A program made the translations under genes and the position numbers. The notes beneath the pieces are model-generated. The model saw nothing but the letters and a program-made list of their open reading frames with translations. It did no database searches and was not told the origin of the DNA. Shown here in pieces: positions 1 through 7,190 of a stretch of DNA of 13,134 bases; the stretch's first letter is position 1, and each line of letters opens with the position of its first letter. The stretch spans positions 1 through 13,134 of the forward strand of contig JAHLVW010000035.1 of NCBI GenBank assembly GCA_019058275.1, read 5' to 3'. Source of the DNA: Candidatus Heimdallarchaeota archaeon. Lineage in GTDB: Archaea > Asgardarchaeota > Heimdallarchaeia > JABLTI01.

Positions 1-1
1 C

Positions 2-349
2 AAAGGAGATAGAAAAATAACCTTGAATTTTGCTGCTGAAAAAAGAAATCCTCTGGTACCTGAAAGATTAGCAGAACTTTATGATCCTAAAAAATTCTTT
101 ATTAAAATTACTACAATTAATCCTACAGAAAAAGCAAAAGCTCACAACTTGCAATCTATGATTTCACCTGAAACAGGTGAATTTGCTAAGCAAAAAATAA
201 AAGATATACAAGATCAAGGATTTGAAGTGCTTTTAAGCATAGGTGAGCTTGAAGAAAATCACATAGGAAGTAATTGTGGACAACATGCTTTAAAATTCGA
301 GAATAGAACATATACTATAGAAGAATTTCAAAGGTATCAAGATTCTTAA
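2..349 (+). CDS. Radical SAM protein, RlmN/Cfr-like C-terminal part (5' truncated by window edge)
   Basis: The frame is open from base 2 (KGDRKITLNF...), so the TTG at 23 is probably internal. The C-terminal EENHIGSNCGQ resembles the RlmN/Cfr 'I.AACGQL' motif with the methyl-carrying Cys, and IKITTINPT resembles RlmN 'VNLIPxNP'. The CxxxCxxC motif would lie upstream and is not visible. Confidence 0.7.
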   Translation, partial: KGDRKITLNFAAEKRNPLVPERLAELYDPKKFFIKITTINPTEKAKAHNLQSMISPETGEFAKQKIKDIQDQGFEVLLSIGELEENHIGSNCGQHALKFENRTYTIEEFQRYQDS

Positions 350-364
350 AGCTGGTATAGATTC

Positions 365-1030
365 ATGAAAAAAGAGAATTATTTCAATAAGAACAATAAA
401 GATAAGAAAATTTTAGAATGGAAAAAAATTCTCTCTAACTATTATTCATCAAAAAAGAATATTAAATTTAAGAAGGATAATGCAGCTATACTTATTATTG
501 ATATGCAAGATTATTTTCTCGATTCATCTTCTCATGCTTATCTTCCTGCTTCGGAAACAATCACTGAACCTATAAAGAAGTTACAAGATGCTTTTCATAG
601 TAGAAATAAAGCTGTCTTTTTTACTAAATATGGTTTAACTAAAGGATTAGATGATAATATAATGCATAAATGGTGGAATGGCTCTTTATATATCGATAAT
701 CCATTAGCTAAGATAAGTGGAATTTTTGATACTAATGAAGCTACTGTAATTTCTAAAACAACATATGACGTTTTTATTGGAACAAATTTTCTGCATTTGT
801 TAACTAAACTAGGTTATACTCAATTAGTTATTACAGGTGTTGCAACTCATCTGTGTTGTGAAACAACCGCAAGAAGTGCTTTTTGTTATGATAAAAACGT
901 TTTCCTACCCATTGATTGTTTAGCTACATACACAGAGGAATTACATTTAAATTCATTAAAAGCTGCAGCTCATGGATTTGCTGTACCAACAACTAGCAAA
1001 GAAATATTGGAGATGATAGATGATGAGTAA
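365..1030 (+). CDS. Isochorismatase-family cysteine hydrolase
   Basis: Asp-Lys-Cys triad motifs: LIIDMQDYF, SKTTYDVF, TGVATHLCCETTARSAF. Confidence 0.92.
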   Translation: MKKENYFNKNNKDKKILEWKKILSNYYSSKKNIKFKKDNAAILIIDMQDYFLDSSSHAYLPASETITEPIKKLQDAFHSRNKAVFFTKYGLTKGLDDNIMHKWWNGSLYIDNPLAKISGIFDTNEATVISKTTYDVFIGTNFLHLLTKLGYTQLVITGVATHLCCETTARSAFCYDKNVFLPIDCLATYTEELHLNSLKAAAHGFAVPTTSKEILEMIDDE

Positions 1031-1922
1031 GAAGATCCACGATGTTGCTATTGTAGGTGCCGGAGCTGCAGGTTGTGCAGCAGCAATCCAGCTTAAACGT
1101 TCGAAAATTGAACCTATTGTATTTGAAAAGGAGGAAATTGGTGGATTAATTTGGAATGCTAATTTTGTTGAAAACTACTTAGGGATACCCTTTGGAGTGA
1201 AGGGAACTGAATTTGCAAGATTATTAAGAAACCATCTTCAATTTCTAAAGATTGAGGTTCAGAAAGAGGAAATTGTAACTATTAAGTGGGATAAAAAGAA
1301 AGAGCTATTTCAGATTGCTTCATATGAAAATGAATTTCATAGCAAATATCTCATTCTTGCTACTGGAACAGAACCAAAGAAATTAGCTATAGTTGGTGAA
1401 AATCAGCTTATAGAAAAAGAAATTTTATTTTATGAACCTAAAAATATTCCTTCAAGGAGTCTATCTAGAGCTCATATTGCAATTATTGGTGGGGGCGATG
1501 TTGCTTTTGATTATGCGTTAAATCTTTCGAGAAAAAATAATCATGTGAACATCTTTCATCGAGGAAAAAAATCGAATTGCTTACCATTACTTTATCAGCG
1601 AGCAAAAGATAGTAAGTATATTGTAATTAGACCTAATAAAAACGTCAGGCAATTAGGTATTCCTGATATGCAGCAATCCTCCCGTAAAGCTCTTTTAGAA
1701 TTTGCAGATGGAACATCATATATGGCTGATTTAGTATTAGTAGCAATTGGTCGAAAACCAAATTCGATTATTAATACCAAACTCTTCCAAGTACCAATAG
1801 ACAAAGAGTATTTGTTTTTAATTGGTGATTTAGTTAATAGCAATTTTAGACAGCTTTCAATTTCAGCCGGTGATGGTATAAAAACTGCTATGAAAATCTC
1901 GAGTAAAATAAATAAGATTTAG
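1020..1922 (+). CDS. Thioredoxin-reductase-like FAD/NAD(P)-dependent oxidoreductase lacking the CxxC motif
   Basis: VAIVGAGAAG (FAD), GG..W...VENYLG, ILATG, IIGGGDVA (NAD(P)H), FHRG, VAIGRKPN, IGD....FRQLSISAGDG. Overlaps the upstream gene's 3' end, with GGAG at 1009-1012 (start 1020 or 1023). Confidence 0.9.
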   Translation: MMSKKIHDVAIVGAGAAGCAAAIQLKRSKIEPIVFEKEEIGGLIWNANFVENYLGIPFGVKGTEFARLLRNHLQFLKIEVQKEEIVTIKWDKKKELFQIASYENEFHSKYLILATGTEPKKLAIVGENQLIEKEILFYEPKNIPSRSLSRAHIAIIGGGDVAFDYALNLSRKNNHVNIFHRGKKSNCLPLLYQRAKDSKYIVIRPNKNVRQLGIPDMQQSSRKALLEFADGTSYMADLVLVAIGRKPNSIINTKLFQVPIDKEYLFLIGDLVNSNFRQLSISAGDGIKTAMKISSKINKI

Positions 1923-1954
1923 TTTTGATTAATAACTCAAAAGGTGAAAATAAA

Positions 1955-2851
1955 ATGACTAAAGAAAAAATTCATCATGTAAGTATGAAGGATGTTGTGT
2001 TCAAAGCAGATAAGAAGAATCCACCTGTACTCACTATTGATTCTGGTGATGTAGTCGTTTTCGAGTGCAGAGATGCTTTTAATCAAGTTATCAAAAGACA
2101 TGAAGATTTACCAATCAATTTTGATATGGAAAGAATTAATCCTGCTACTGGACCTGTTTATATAAATGGTGCCAAACCAAGTGATACCTTAGAAGTTCAC
2201 ATCTTGAAAATAGATGTTGCAGAACAAGGATCATGTTGTATAATACCAAATTTTGGGTATCTAGCACCGGAATATCCAGAACCATGGACAAGAATAATTC
2301 CTGTAAAAGATGGACATGCTATTTTTGATGAAAATATAAGAATTCCAATAGATCCTTTCCCAGGAACTCTTATTGTAGCACCTGCAGAAGGATCACATGG
2401 AACATTAATTCCGAAAGAATACGGTGGAAATATGGACTCAAAAGCTTGTAAAGTTGGTACAACAGTATACTTGCCAATATTTGTGGAAGGAGCCCTTTTT
2501 GGTGTTGGAGATGTTCATGCAGTTCAAGGAGATGGAGAAGTCTGCGGTACAGCAGTAGAAATTGATGCAGAAGTAACTATCAGATTTGTTGTAAATAAAA
2601 AGAAGAAAATTGTGAGACCTCAATATGAAACAGCTGATTATTTCATGACTACTGCATGGGGTGAAACAACAGATGATGCAGCAAGAATTGCACTTAAAGA
2701 TATGGTTGATTGGTTAGTTGCTGAAAAGAATCTTACAAAAGAAGAAGCATATGCATTATGTAGTTGTTCAGTTGATATGCGTATCAGTCAATTGGTTGAT
2801 GTGACTCCAGGAGTGAGAGCAGTTCTTCCAAAAAGAATTTTTATTAAATAG
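1955..2851 (+). CDS. Acetamidase/formamidase family protein
   Basis: NPATGPVYINGAKPSD, GGNMD and GDVHAVQGDGEVCGTAVE motifs. ATG 1955 is preferred over TTG 1925 because AGGTGA lies at 1942-1947. Confidence 0.92.
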   Translation: MTKEKIHHVSMKDVVFKADKKNPPVLTIDSGDVVVFECRDAFNQVIKRHEDLPINFDMERINPATGPVYINGAKPSDTLEVHILKIDVAEQGSCCIIPNFGYLAPEYPEPWTRIIPVKDGHAIFDENIRIPIDPFPGTLIVAPAEGSHGTLIPKEYGGNMDSKACKVGTTVYLPIFVEGALFGVGDVHAVQGDGEVCGTAVEIDAEVTIRFVVNKKKKIVRPQYETADYFMTTAWGETTDDAARIALKDMVDWLVAEKNLTKEEAYALCSCSVDMRISQLVDVTPGVRAVLPKRIFIK

Positions 2852-2909
2852 GCAAAAAATACTGCTTGAATATAAAATAATTATTTAGGAGATTTCATCT
2901 TAATTTTTC

Positions 2910-4415
2910 TTATTTTTTTAGCTTTTTACTTTCTTTATATCCTTCACCTATTGGTTCTCCGATTTTGTAATATTTATTGTCCAATGCATAGATAATAGGA
3001 TCTAATTTAGTCATTTCAGCTATTTTTTTACGACCATTTTCTTCGGTAACGTATTCTTTACTTACATGTGCTTGAATGACGTCAGCAATGAAAATTTGTC
3101 TATGTTCAACTAAGAATTCCTTTATTACTTTACATTCCAAATTTACAGGACATTCTTTGATCATTGGAGCTGTTTCTAATTCACCATAAAAAATATCGAA
3201 TAATTGTGATTTATCGACATCTTTACCAGATACTGTGCCACAATAATCTGTTTCAGCAATCATTTTTGTAGTTGGGAAATTTATGCTAAAGGTTCCATGT
3301 TCAAGAATACCTTTATTCGTATGATTATCTTTACCAGATGAAATGCAAATAATCGCTGGTTTGATACCCATTACTGCGACATCACCCAATTCCTCGAAGT
3401 TGGCTTTACCATCAACAAGTGCACCGGTAAGAACAATAGGTATAGGATAAACTAAAGGGATTTGCCCAAATTTGACTTTATCCGAGATTGGCTCCTTATC
3501 AGTTAAGGTATGAACAAGTTGCTTCTCTATCCAACTTTTCAAAGGATCATTAATTGGTATCTGTTCTCTCCATTTAGGATCTTTTAATTTATCCAAGTAT
3601 AATCTAATTGTTACCATATCGTTTATTGATTCGGGTTGATATTCTTTTGGACTCTCTGGGTAGAGATGAATAGGGTAATTGTATTCAAAGGGTAGCTCAT
3701 AAAGCTCTCCTTTTCCCATAGTTGAAAGAATTATTCCAGCTAAAACAGCTTGATGGATAAAAGTAACATAAAGTCCATCCTTATCATAATATCTTTGGAA
3801 ATCCGGATCTTTATACAACTTCTTGTATATATCCCACCATAATTGAAATAATCCTTTTTCAGGTCTAACACTCATGAATCCTGAATTAACATAAGGTCTG
3901 AGTATCTTACCATCAACGTGAGTTTTCATAGGAAATATTTTCTCATTTTGAACATTGCATTTTTGGTATATTAATCTCCAAAATGAATCAATTGGTTCAT
4001 CATAGATTGAGCCTATTAACGTATGATGAACTGGTCTATAACCTATATTCTTACCTTCCTTCAACAAGAATTTTTTAGGTTCTTTTATTATCATTGAATT
4101 TGAATCTATCCAAACCAAGTACTCAGTTTTTCCTTTAGCCATTGATTCAGCAGTTGCTGCTGCAAGAACAAATCCAACAAATGGAAATTTCAAATCTTCT
4201 GGATCACCATCAATTTGAATGATTTCAGCCTTTAGATCCATCAATTCATTTTTCGCTTCTTTTGGAAATTCTTCTAATGATTTTGAAGTAAAAACCCAAA
4301 TAGAACTGTCAGATAAACTTCCAGCAAATTCCCGTATACTTCTTGCTAAAATTAATGTTTCACCACTTGTTCCACTCCATGGACAAGCGAAAATAATCTT
4401 TTCCAATAAAATCAC
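2910..4415 (-). CDS. Fusion: N-terminal GT-A/GT8-like domain plus C-terminal flavin reductase-like (flavoredoxin-type) FMN-binding domain
   Basis: N-terminal part: LARSIREF, LVWIDSN, PYVNSGF, HQAVLA, LPFEYNYP. C-terminal ~190 aa: LVYPIPIVLTG, HTNKGILEHGTFSINFP, DYCGTVSGKDVDK, APMIKECPVNLECKV. Start is GTG 4415 or TTG 4406. Confidence 0.75.
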   Translation of the reverse strand: MILLEKIIFACPWSGTSGETLILARSIREFAGSLSDSSIWVFTSKSLEEFPKEAKNELMDLKAEIIQIDGDPEDLKFPFVGFVLAAATAESMAKGKTEYLVWIDSNSMIIKEPKKFLLKEGKNIGYRPVHHTLIGSIYDEPIDSFWRLIYQKCNVQNEKIFPMKTHVDGKILRPYVNSGFMSVRPEKGLFQLWWDIYKKLYKDPDFQRYYDKDGLYVTFIHQAVLAGIILSTMGKGELYELPFEYNYPIHLYPESPKEYQPESINDMVTIRLYLDKLKDPKWREQIPINDPLKSWIEKQLVHTLTDKEPISDKVKFGQIPLVYPIPIVLTGALVDGKANFEELGDVAVMGIKPAIICISSGKDNHTNKGILEHGTFSINFPTTKMIAETDYCGTVSGKDVDKSQLFDIFYGELETAPMIKECPVNLECKVIKEFLVEHRQIFIADVIQAHVSKEYVTEENGRKKIAEMTKLDPIIYALDNKYYKIGEPIGEGYKESKKLKK

Positions 4416-4476
4416 AAACCCAATTGTCTATAAAAAACATGTAATTATTAGAGTAAAAGTATTATTCAAAATCTGA

Positions 4477-4485
4477 TTTAATATA
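4477..4485 (+). promoter_or_regulatory. Putative archaeal TATA box for ogt
   Basis: TTTAATATA ending 32 nt before the TTG start; the same 9-mer precedes the GNAT and nucleotidyltransferase genes. Confidence 0.5.
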
Positions 4486-4517
4486 GAAGAAACATTAATT
4501 TTGTTGAGGAAACCTAA

Positions 4518-4988
4518 TTGAATCGTTACTTTGCTTACTATAAATCTAAAATTGGTTTTTTAGAACTTGTAAGTAGCGATAATAGTATTATTGCTTGTAA
4601 TTTTGTTGAAAAGAAAAACAATTATGAAAATAAAATTACTATTTTGAAAGAAAGCATAGAGCAATTAGATGATTATTTCAATGGAAGAAGGATGGAATTT
4701 GATCTGGATATCTCATTAATTGGAACTGAATTTCAACGTAAAATCTGGAATGAATTACTAAAAATCCCATATGGAAAAAGCATAACATATAAGGAATTAG
4801 CAATAAGAATTGGAAATGAAAAAGCAACGAGAGCTGTAGGAAATGCTAATGGTAAAAATCCTCTAAGTATAATAATACCATGTCACCGAGTAATTGGGAG
4901 TAATGGATTATTAGTAGGATATGGTGGAGGATTAGAAAGAAAAAAGTGGTTGCTGGAGTTTGAGAATAAAATCAGTCACCAACTATAA
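4518..4988 (+). CDS. ogt: Methylated-DNA--protein-cysteine methyltransferase
   Basis: GTEFQRKIW, IPYG.SITYKELA, RAVGNANGKNP, active-site IIPCHRVIG, GYGGGLERKKWLL. GAGGA SD at 4506-4510 before TTG. Confidence 0.95.
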   Translation: MNRYFAYYKSKIGFLELVSSDNSIIACNFVEKKNNYENKITILKESIEQLDDYFNGRRMEFDLDISLIGTEFQRKIWNELLKIPYGKSITYKELAIRIGNEKATRAVGNANGKNPLSIIIPCHRVIGSNGLLVGYGGGLERKKWLLEFENKISHQL

Positions 4989-5112
4989 TTTCCTTTGACA
5001 AAAATTCCTTAGCTTTTTCTGAAACTTTAGGAGAAACCCAAACTATGTTTTTCCAACCATTATTAGCCTATAAAAACTTTGGTGAGAAATGATAGACAAA
5101 TGATTTCCACAT
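4972..5112 (-). pseudogene. Decayed fragment resembling the C-terminal region of acetyl-CoA synthase beta subunit (CdhC/AcsB-like)
   Basis: Minus-strand translation: MWKSFVYHFSPKFL*ANNGWKNIVWVSPKVSEKAKEFLSKEIIVGD*. This resembles the CdhC motif Y..SPKF[IL]QADGGW.R[IV]VW as I recall it. The in-frame TAG at 5068-5070 sits at the Gln position. Confidence 0.55.
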
Positions 5113-5206
5113 TGTTGAGGACTTTCTAGAGTAATAAAACAGGTTCTCTTTGTAACTAAGAAACGAACATCAGTTTTTTTTAATTTTCATCATGGGATTA
5201 AATATT

Positions 5207-5238
5207 AAAAAAAATTTGAATGGAGAATTATTCTCCAT
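5207..5238 (-). terminator. Putative terminator after the 37-aa ORF
   Basis: Perfect inverted repeat ATGGAGAAT-N-ATTCTCCAT (5220-5238) spanning the stop codon, followed 5 nt later on the - strand by T8 (5214-5207). Confidence 0.5.
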
Positions 5239-5341
5239 CGTCTATTCCAAAATCTTCTGGATCATCATATTCCTTTGAATCAGTTATAATCGTTCGTGAG
5301 TAATCTCTTGTTTTTGTTTTTTCTTTTGATGGTTTTGCCAT
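5228..5341 (-). CDS. Uncalled small protein, 37 aa: MAKPSKEKTKTRDYSRTIITDSKEYDDPEDFGIDDGE
   Basis: ATG at 5341 to TAA at 5228. Purine-rich codons with A/T third positions like the neighbouring genes, a basic N-half and acidic C-half, a candidate TATA upstream and a terminator-like element downstream. No homology recognised. Confidence 0.55.
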   Translation of the reverse strand: MAKPSKEKTKTRDYSRTIITDSKEYDDPEDFGIDDGE

Positions 5342-5361
5342 ATTTTAAAGAAACCATATAG

Positions 5362-5385
5362 TGTATCACCGAAACCAATGATACA
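5362..5385 (-). promoter_or_regulatory. Putative RNA hairpin in the leader of the small ORF
   Basis: Minus strand UGUAUCAUUG-GUUU-CGGUGAUACA forms a 10-bp stem with two G-U pairs. The 3' arm contains the SD-like GGUGAU. Confidence 0.45.
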
Positions 5386-5461
5386 AGATGATATGAGAAT
5401 AGTGTCCAAGATAGATCCCAGATGAAGAGATGACTATTAGTATCATTAACAGCAGAAGTTG

Positions 5462-5468
5462 ATATAAA
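5462..5468 (-). promoter_or_regulatory. Putative TATA box (TTTATAT) for the small-ORF transcript
   Basis: TTTATAT on the - strand just downstream of the 5483 stop, flanked by two ATGACTAT direct repeats. Confidence 0.35.
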
Positions 5469-5482
5469 CAAATGACTATCGA

Positions 5483-6538
5483 TTAATGATCTAATATTTC
5501 TATACCAATGAAATGCTTCAAAGTAATCAATGCATGTAATGTTAACCATTTGCTTTCGGAATTTATAGGTTCAATGATAGTATAAAATGGAGACCTATAC
5601 TCTTTCTCATTCAACCATTTGCCATTTTGATTTTTACTTATAATCAATTCAATAGATGATTCCATTTCAGATGAATATTCGACATTTGCAGAAACTAGTG
5701 CTCTCATTGCATCTAATGCATCAGAGTTATTTAACGGAAACCTGAATTTTGTCCATCCAACTTTTGGTTTTTTCTTTAGAGGTGAATGTTTTTGAATGAA
5801 ATTTTTCTTTTCATCTGCATACTCCTGACCTTTCAGTTTTTTCTCTTCAACCAACTTTCTCCATTCATTAGTTTTCTCAGGCAGATAGATATAGATTTGA
5901 TTGTCTAACAACCTCTTTACACAAAGATCTATTCCTTTATTTACACGAGGGGTTCGTTTCTTCTCTGGCATAGCACTTAACGCGAACAGAATTTTTGGTA
6001 TAGTCATATAGCAATTTTCAAACAATCCCATAACTTGACATCTAATTTTTCCGTTTGTATCAACAAAGCTACTCAATATGTACTCCAATGCTTTTTGTGT
6101 TCTATCATCTTCTAAATAATTAAAATGAATCAGTGCACGCAGAACATTTGCTGTTAAACAAATAATTGATTGACTATTTGTTCCTGACATTGAAAAAGCT
6201 CCATTTGGAGCCTGACCAGTAGAGAAAACATGTTCACAAGCATTTGCTATTTGCTTATTTTTTTCCGCTTGCATCTCACTTAAGAAAATCAATTGCCAAA
6301 AAGTTCCAAGATATTTTTTATAATTTTTTGTTTTTCCTTTATCAAACCAATATGTTTCTTCTATTTGATTCATCAGAATTTCTTTAATTGGTTTATATGT
6401 CATGATTTCATTTTTTGCACTGATTATTTTTGATGAATTTGGATTCATATCTAGAATCTTTAGATATGTAAGATACTTTACAGGCGGATTATCATTTTCA
6501 AGTAACCAGTTTATAGCTGAGTTATTTGTCTTAAACAT
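5483..6538 (-). CDS. Uncharacterised alpha/alpha-barrel protein, squalene-cyclase/prenyltransferase-repeat-like
   Basis: INWLLENDNPPVKY, ILMNQ....YW, YKKYLGTFWQL, GQAPNGAF, CLTANVLRAL, SKNQNGKW (QW-like repeats), SKWLTLHAL. ATG 6538 is preferred over TTG 6547. No DxDD cyclase motif seen. Confidence 0.7.
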   Translation of the reverse strand: MFKTNNSAINWLLENDNPPVKYLTYLKILDMNPNSSKIISAKNEIMTYKPIKEILMNQIEETYWFDKGKTKNYKKYLGTFWQLIFLSEMQAEKNKQIANACEHVFSTGQAPNGAFSMSGTNSQSIICLTANVLRALIHFNYLEDDRTQKALEYILSSFVDTNGKIRCQVMGLFENCYMTIPKILFALSAMPEKKRTPRVNKGIDLCVKRLLDNQIYIYLPEKTNEWRKLVEEKKLKGQEYADEKKNFIQKHSPLKKKPKVGWTKFRFPLNNSDALDAMRALVSANVEYSSEMESSIELIISKNQNGKWLNEKEYRSPFYTIIEPINSESKWLTLHALITLKHFIGIEILDH

Positions 6539-6594
6539 TATTATCAAGTACCAAACATCATCTTGAGTTTTATTTCTTTTTGAAAGTAATTATC

Positions 6595-6603
6595 TTTAAT
6601 ATA
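6595..6603 (+). promoter_or_regulatory. Putative TATA box for the GNAT gene
   Basis: TTTAATATA in the divergent intergenic region; GAGGT SD at 6636-6640. Confidence 0.45.
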
Positions 6604-6648
6604 AATTAAAATAAGATATCCACTTGAATTTGTTTGAGGTAATTGTTT

Positions 6649-7187
6649 TTGTTTATTGGCAAGAAAGTTATTCTTAGATCTCTTGAATTATCAGATTTAG
6701 ATTACATTGTAAAGCATGATAATAACTTGGATCTTCGTCATAACCTTGGAACAGCTGTTCCACGTTCAAGACAAGAAAGTGAAAATTGGATAAGAGAATC
6801 ATGGGAAAAAAGGAAAATTGAAGAACGATTTGTTTTTGCATTTACAAATAAAGAAACAAGTGAGTTTATTGGAGTAGTAAATCTCTATATTATTAAAAAA
6901 CCTCTAGGTCTGCAGCACTCGGTATTTGGATCTATGAAGAGAAAAATAGAAGTAAAGGATATGGAACAGATGCTATGGAACTCATTTTAGATTTTGGATT
7001 TAATTATATTAATCTAAACCGAATTGAGTTGAGTGTTTATCCTCATAATTTGAGAGCTATAAAGTTATATGAGAAAATTGGTTTTGTTAAAGTAGCTAAT
7101 CTAAAACAATCGAGATACATGAACGGTAAATACATTGATGAAATAATAATGGATATTTTAAGAGATGATTGGGTGGAAACAAAATAA
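6649..7187 (+). pseudogene. RimJ/RimL-family GNAT N-acetyltransferase split by a 1-nt frameshift
   Basis: ORFs 6643..6990 and 6975..7187 join if one A is added to the A6 run at 6895-6900: ...FIGVVNLYIIKK/TSRSAALGIWIYEEKNRSKGYGTDAMELILDFGFNYINLNRIEL.V...N.RAIKLYEKIGF. Probable start is TTG 6649. Confidence 0.85.
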
Positions 7188-7190
7188 AAG

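Noticed and set aside
1595-1843. 82-aa minus ORF
   Set aside because: Antisense shadow inside the well-supported flavoprotein gene; no motifs.
2438-2623. 61-aa Cys-rich minus ORF
   Set aside because: Antisense to the conserved core of the acetamidase; the Cys richness derives from ACA/GCA on the coding strand.
2875-2886. AAATAATTATTT palindrome between convergent genes
   Set aside because: All A/T and expected by chance in this composition.
4219-4476. 85-aa plus ORF
   Set aside because: Mostly antisense to the fusion gene and runs into a promoter region.
5342-5482. Known ncRNA (fluoride riboswitch, C/D box sRNA, SECIS) in the leader
   Set aside because: Only partial words such as TAATGA and ATGAAGA are present; required partner motifs (P1 stem, D box CTGA) were not found. 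An Infernal search would settle it.
5280-5549. 89-aa minus ORF as a whole
   Set aside because: Overlaps the upstream gene out of frame and crosses promoter-like DNA; only its last 25 codons are kept as a possible uORF.
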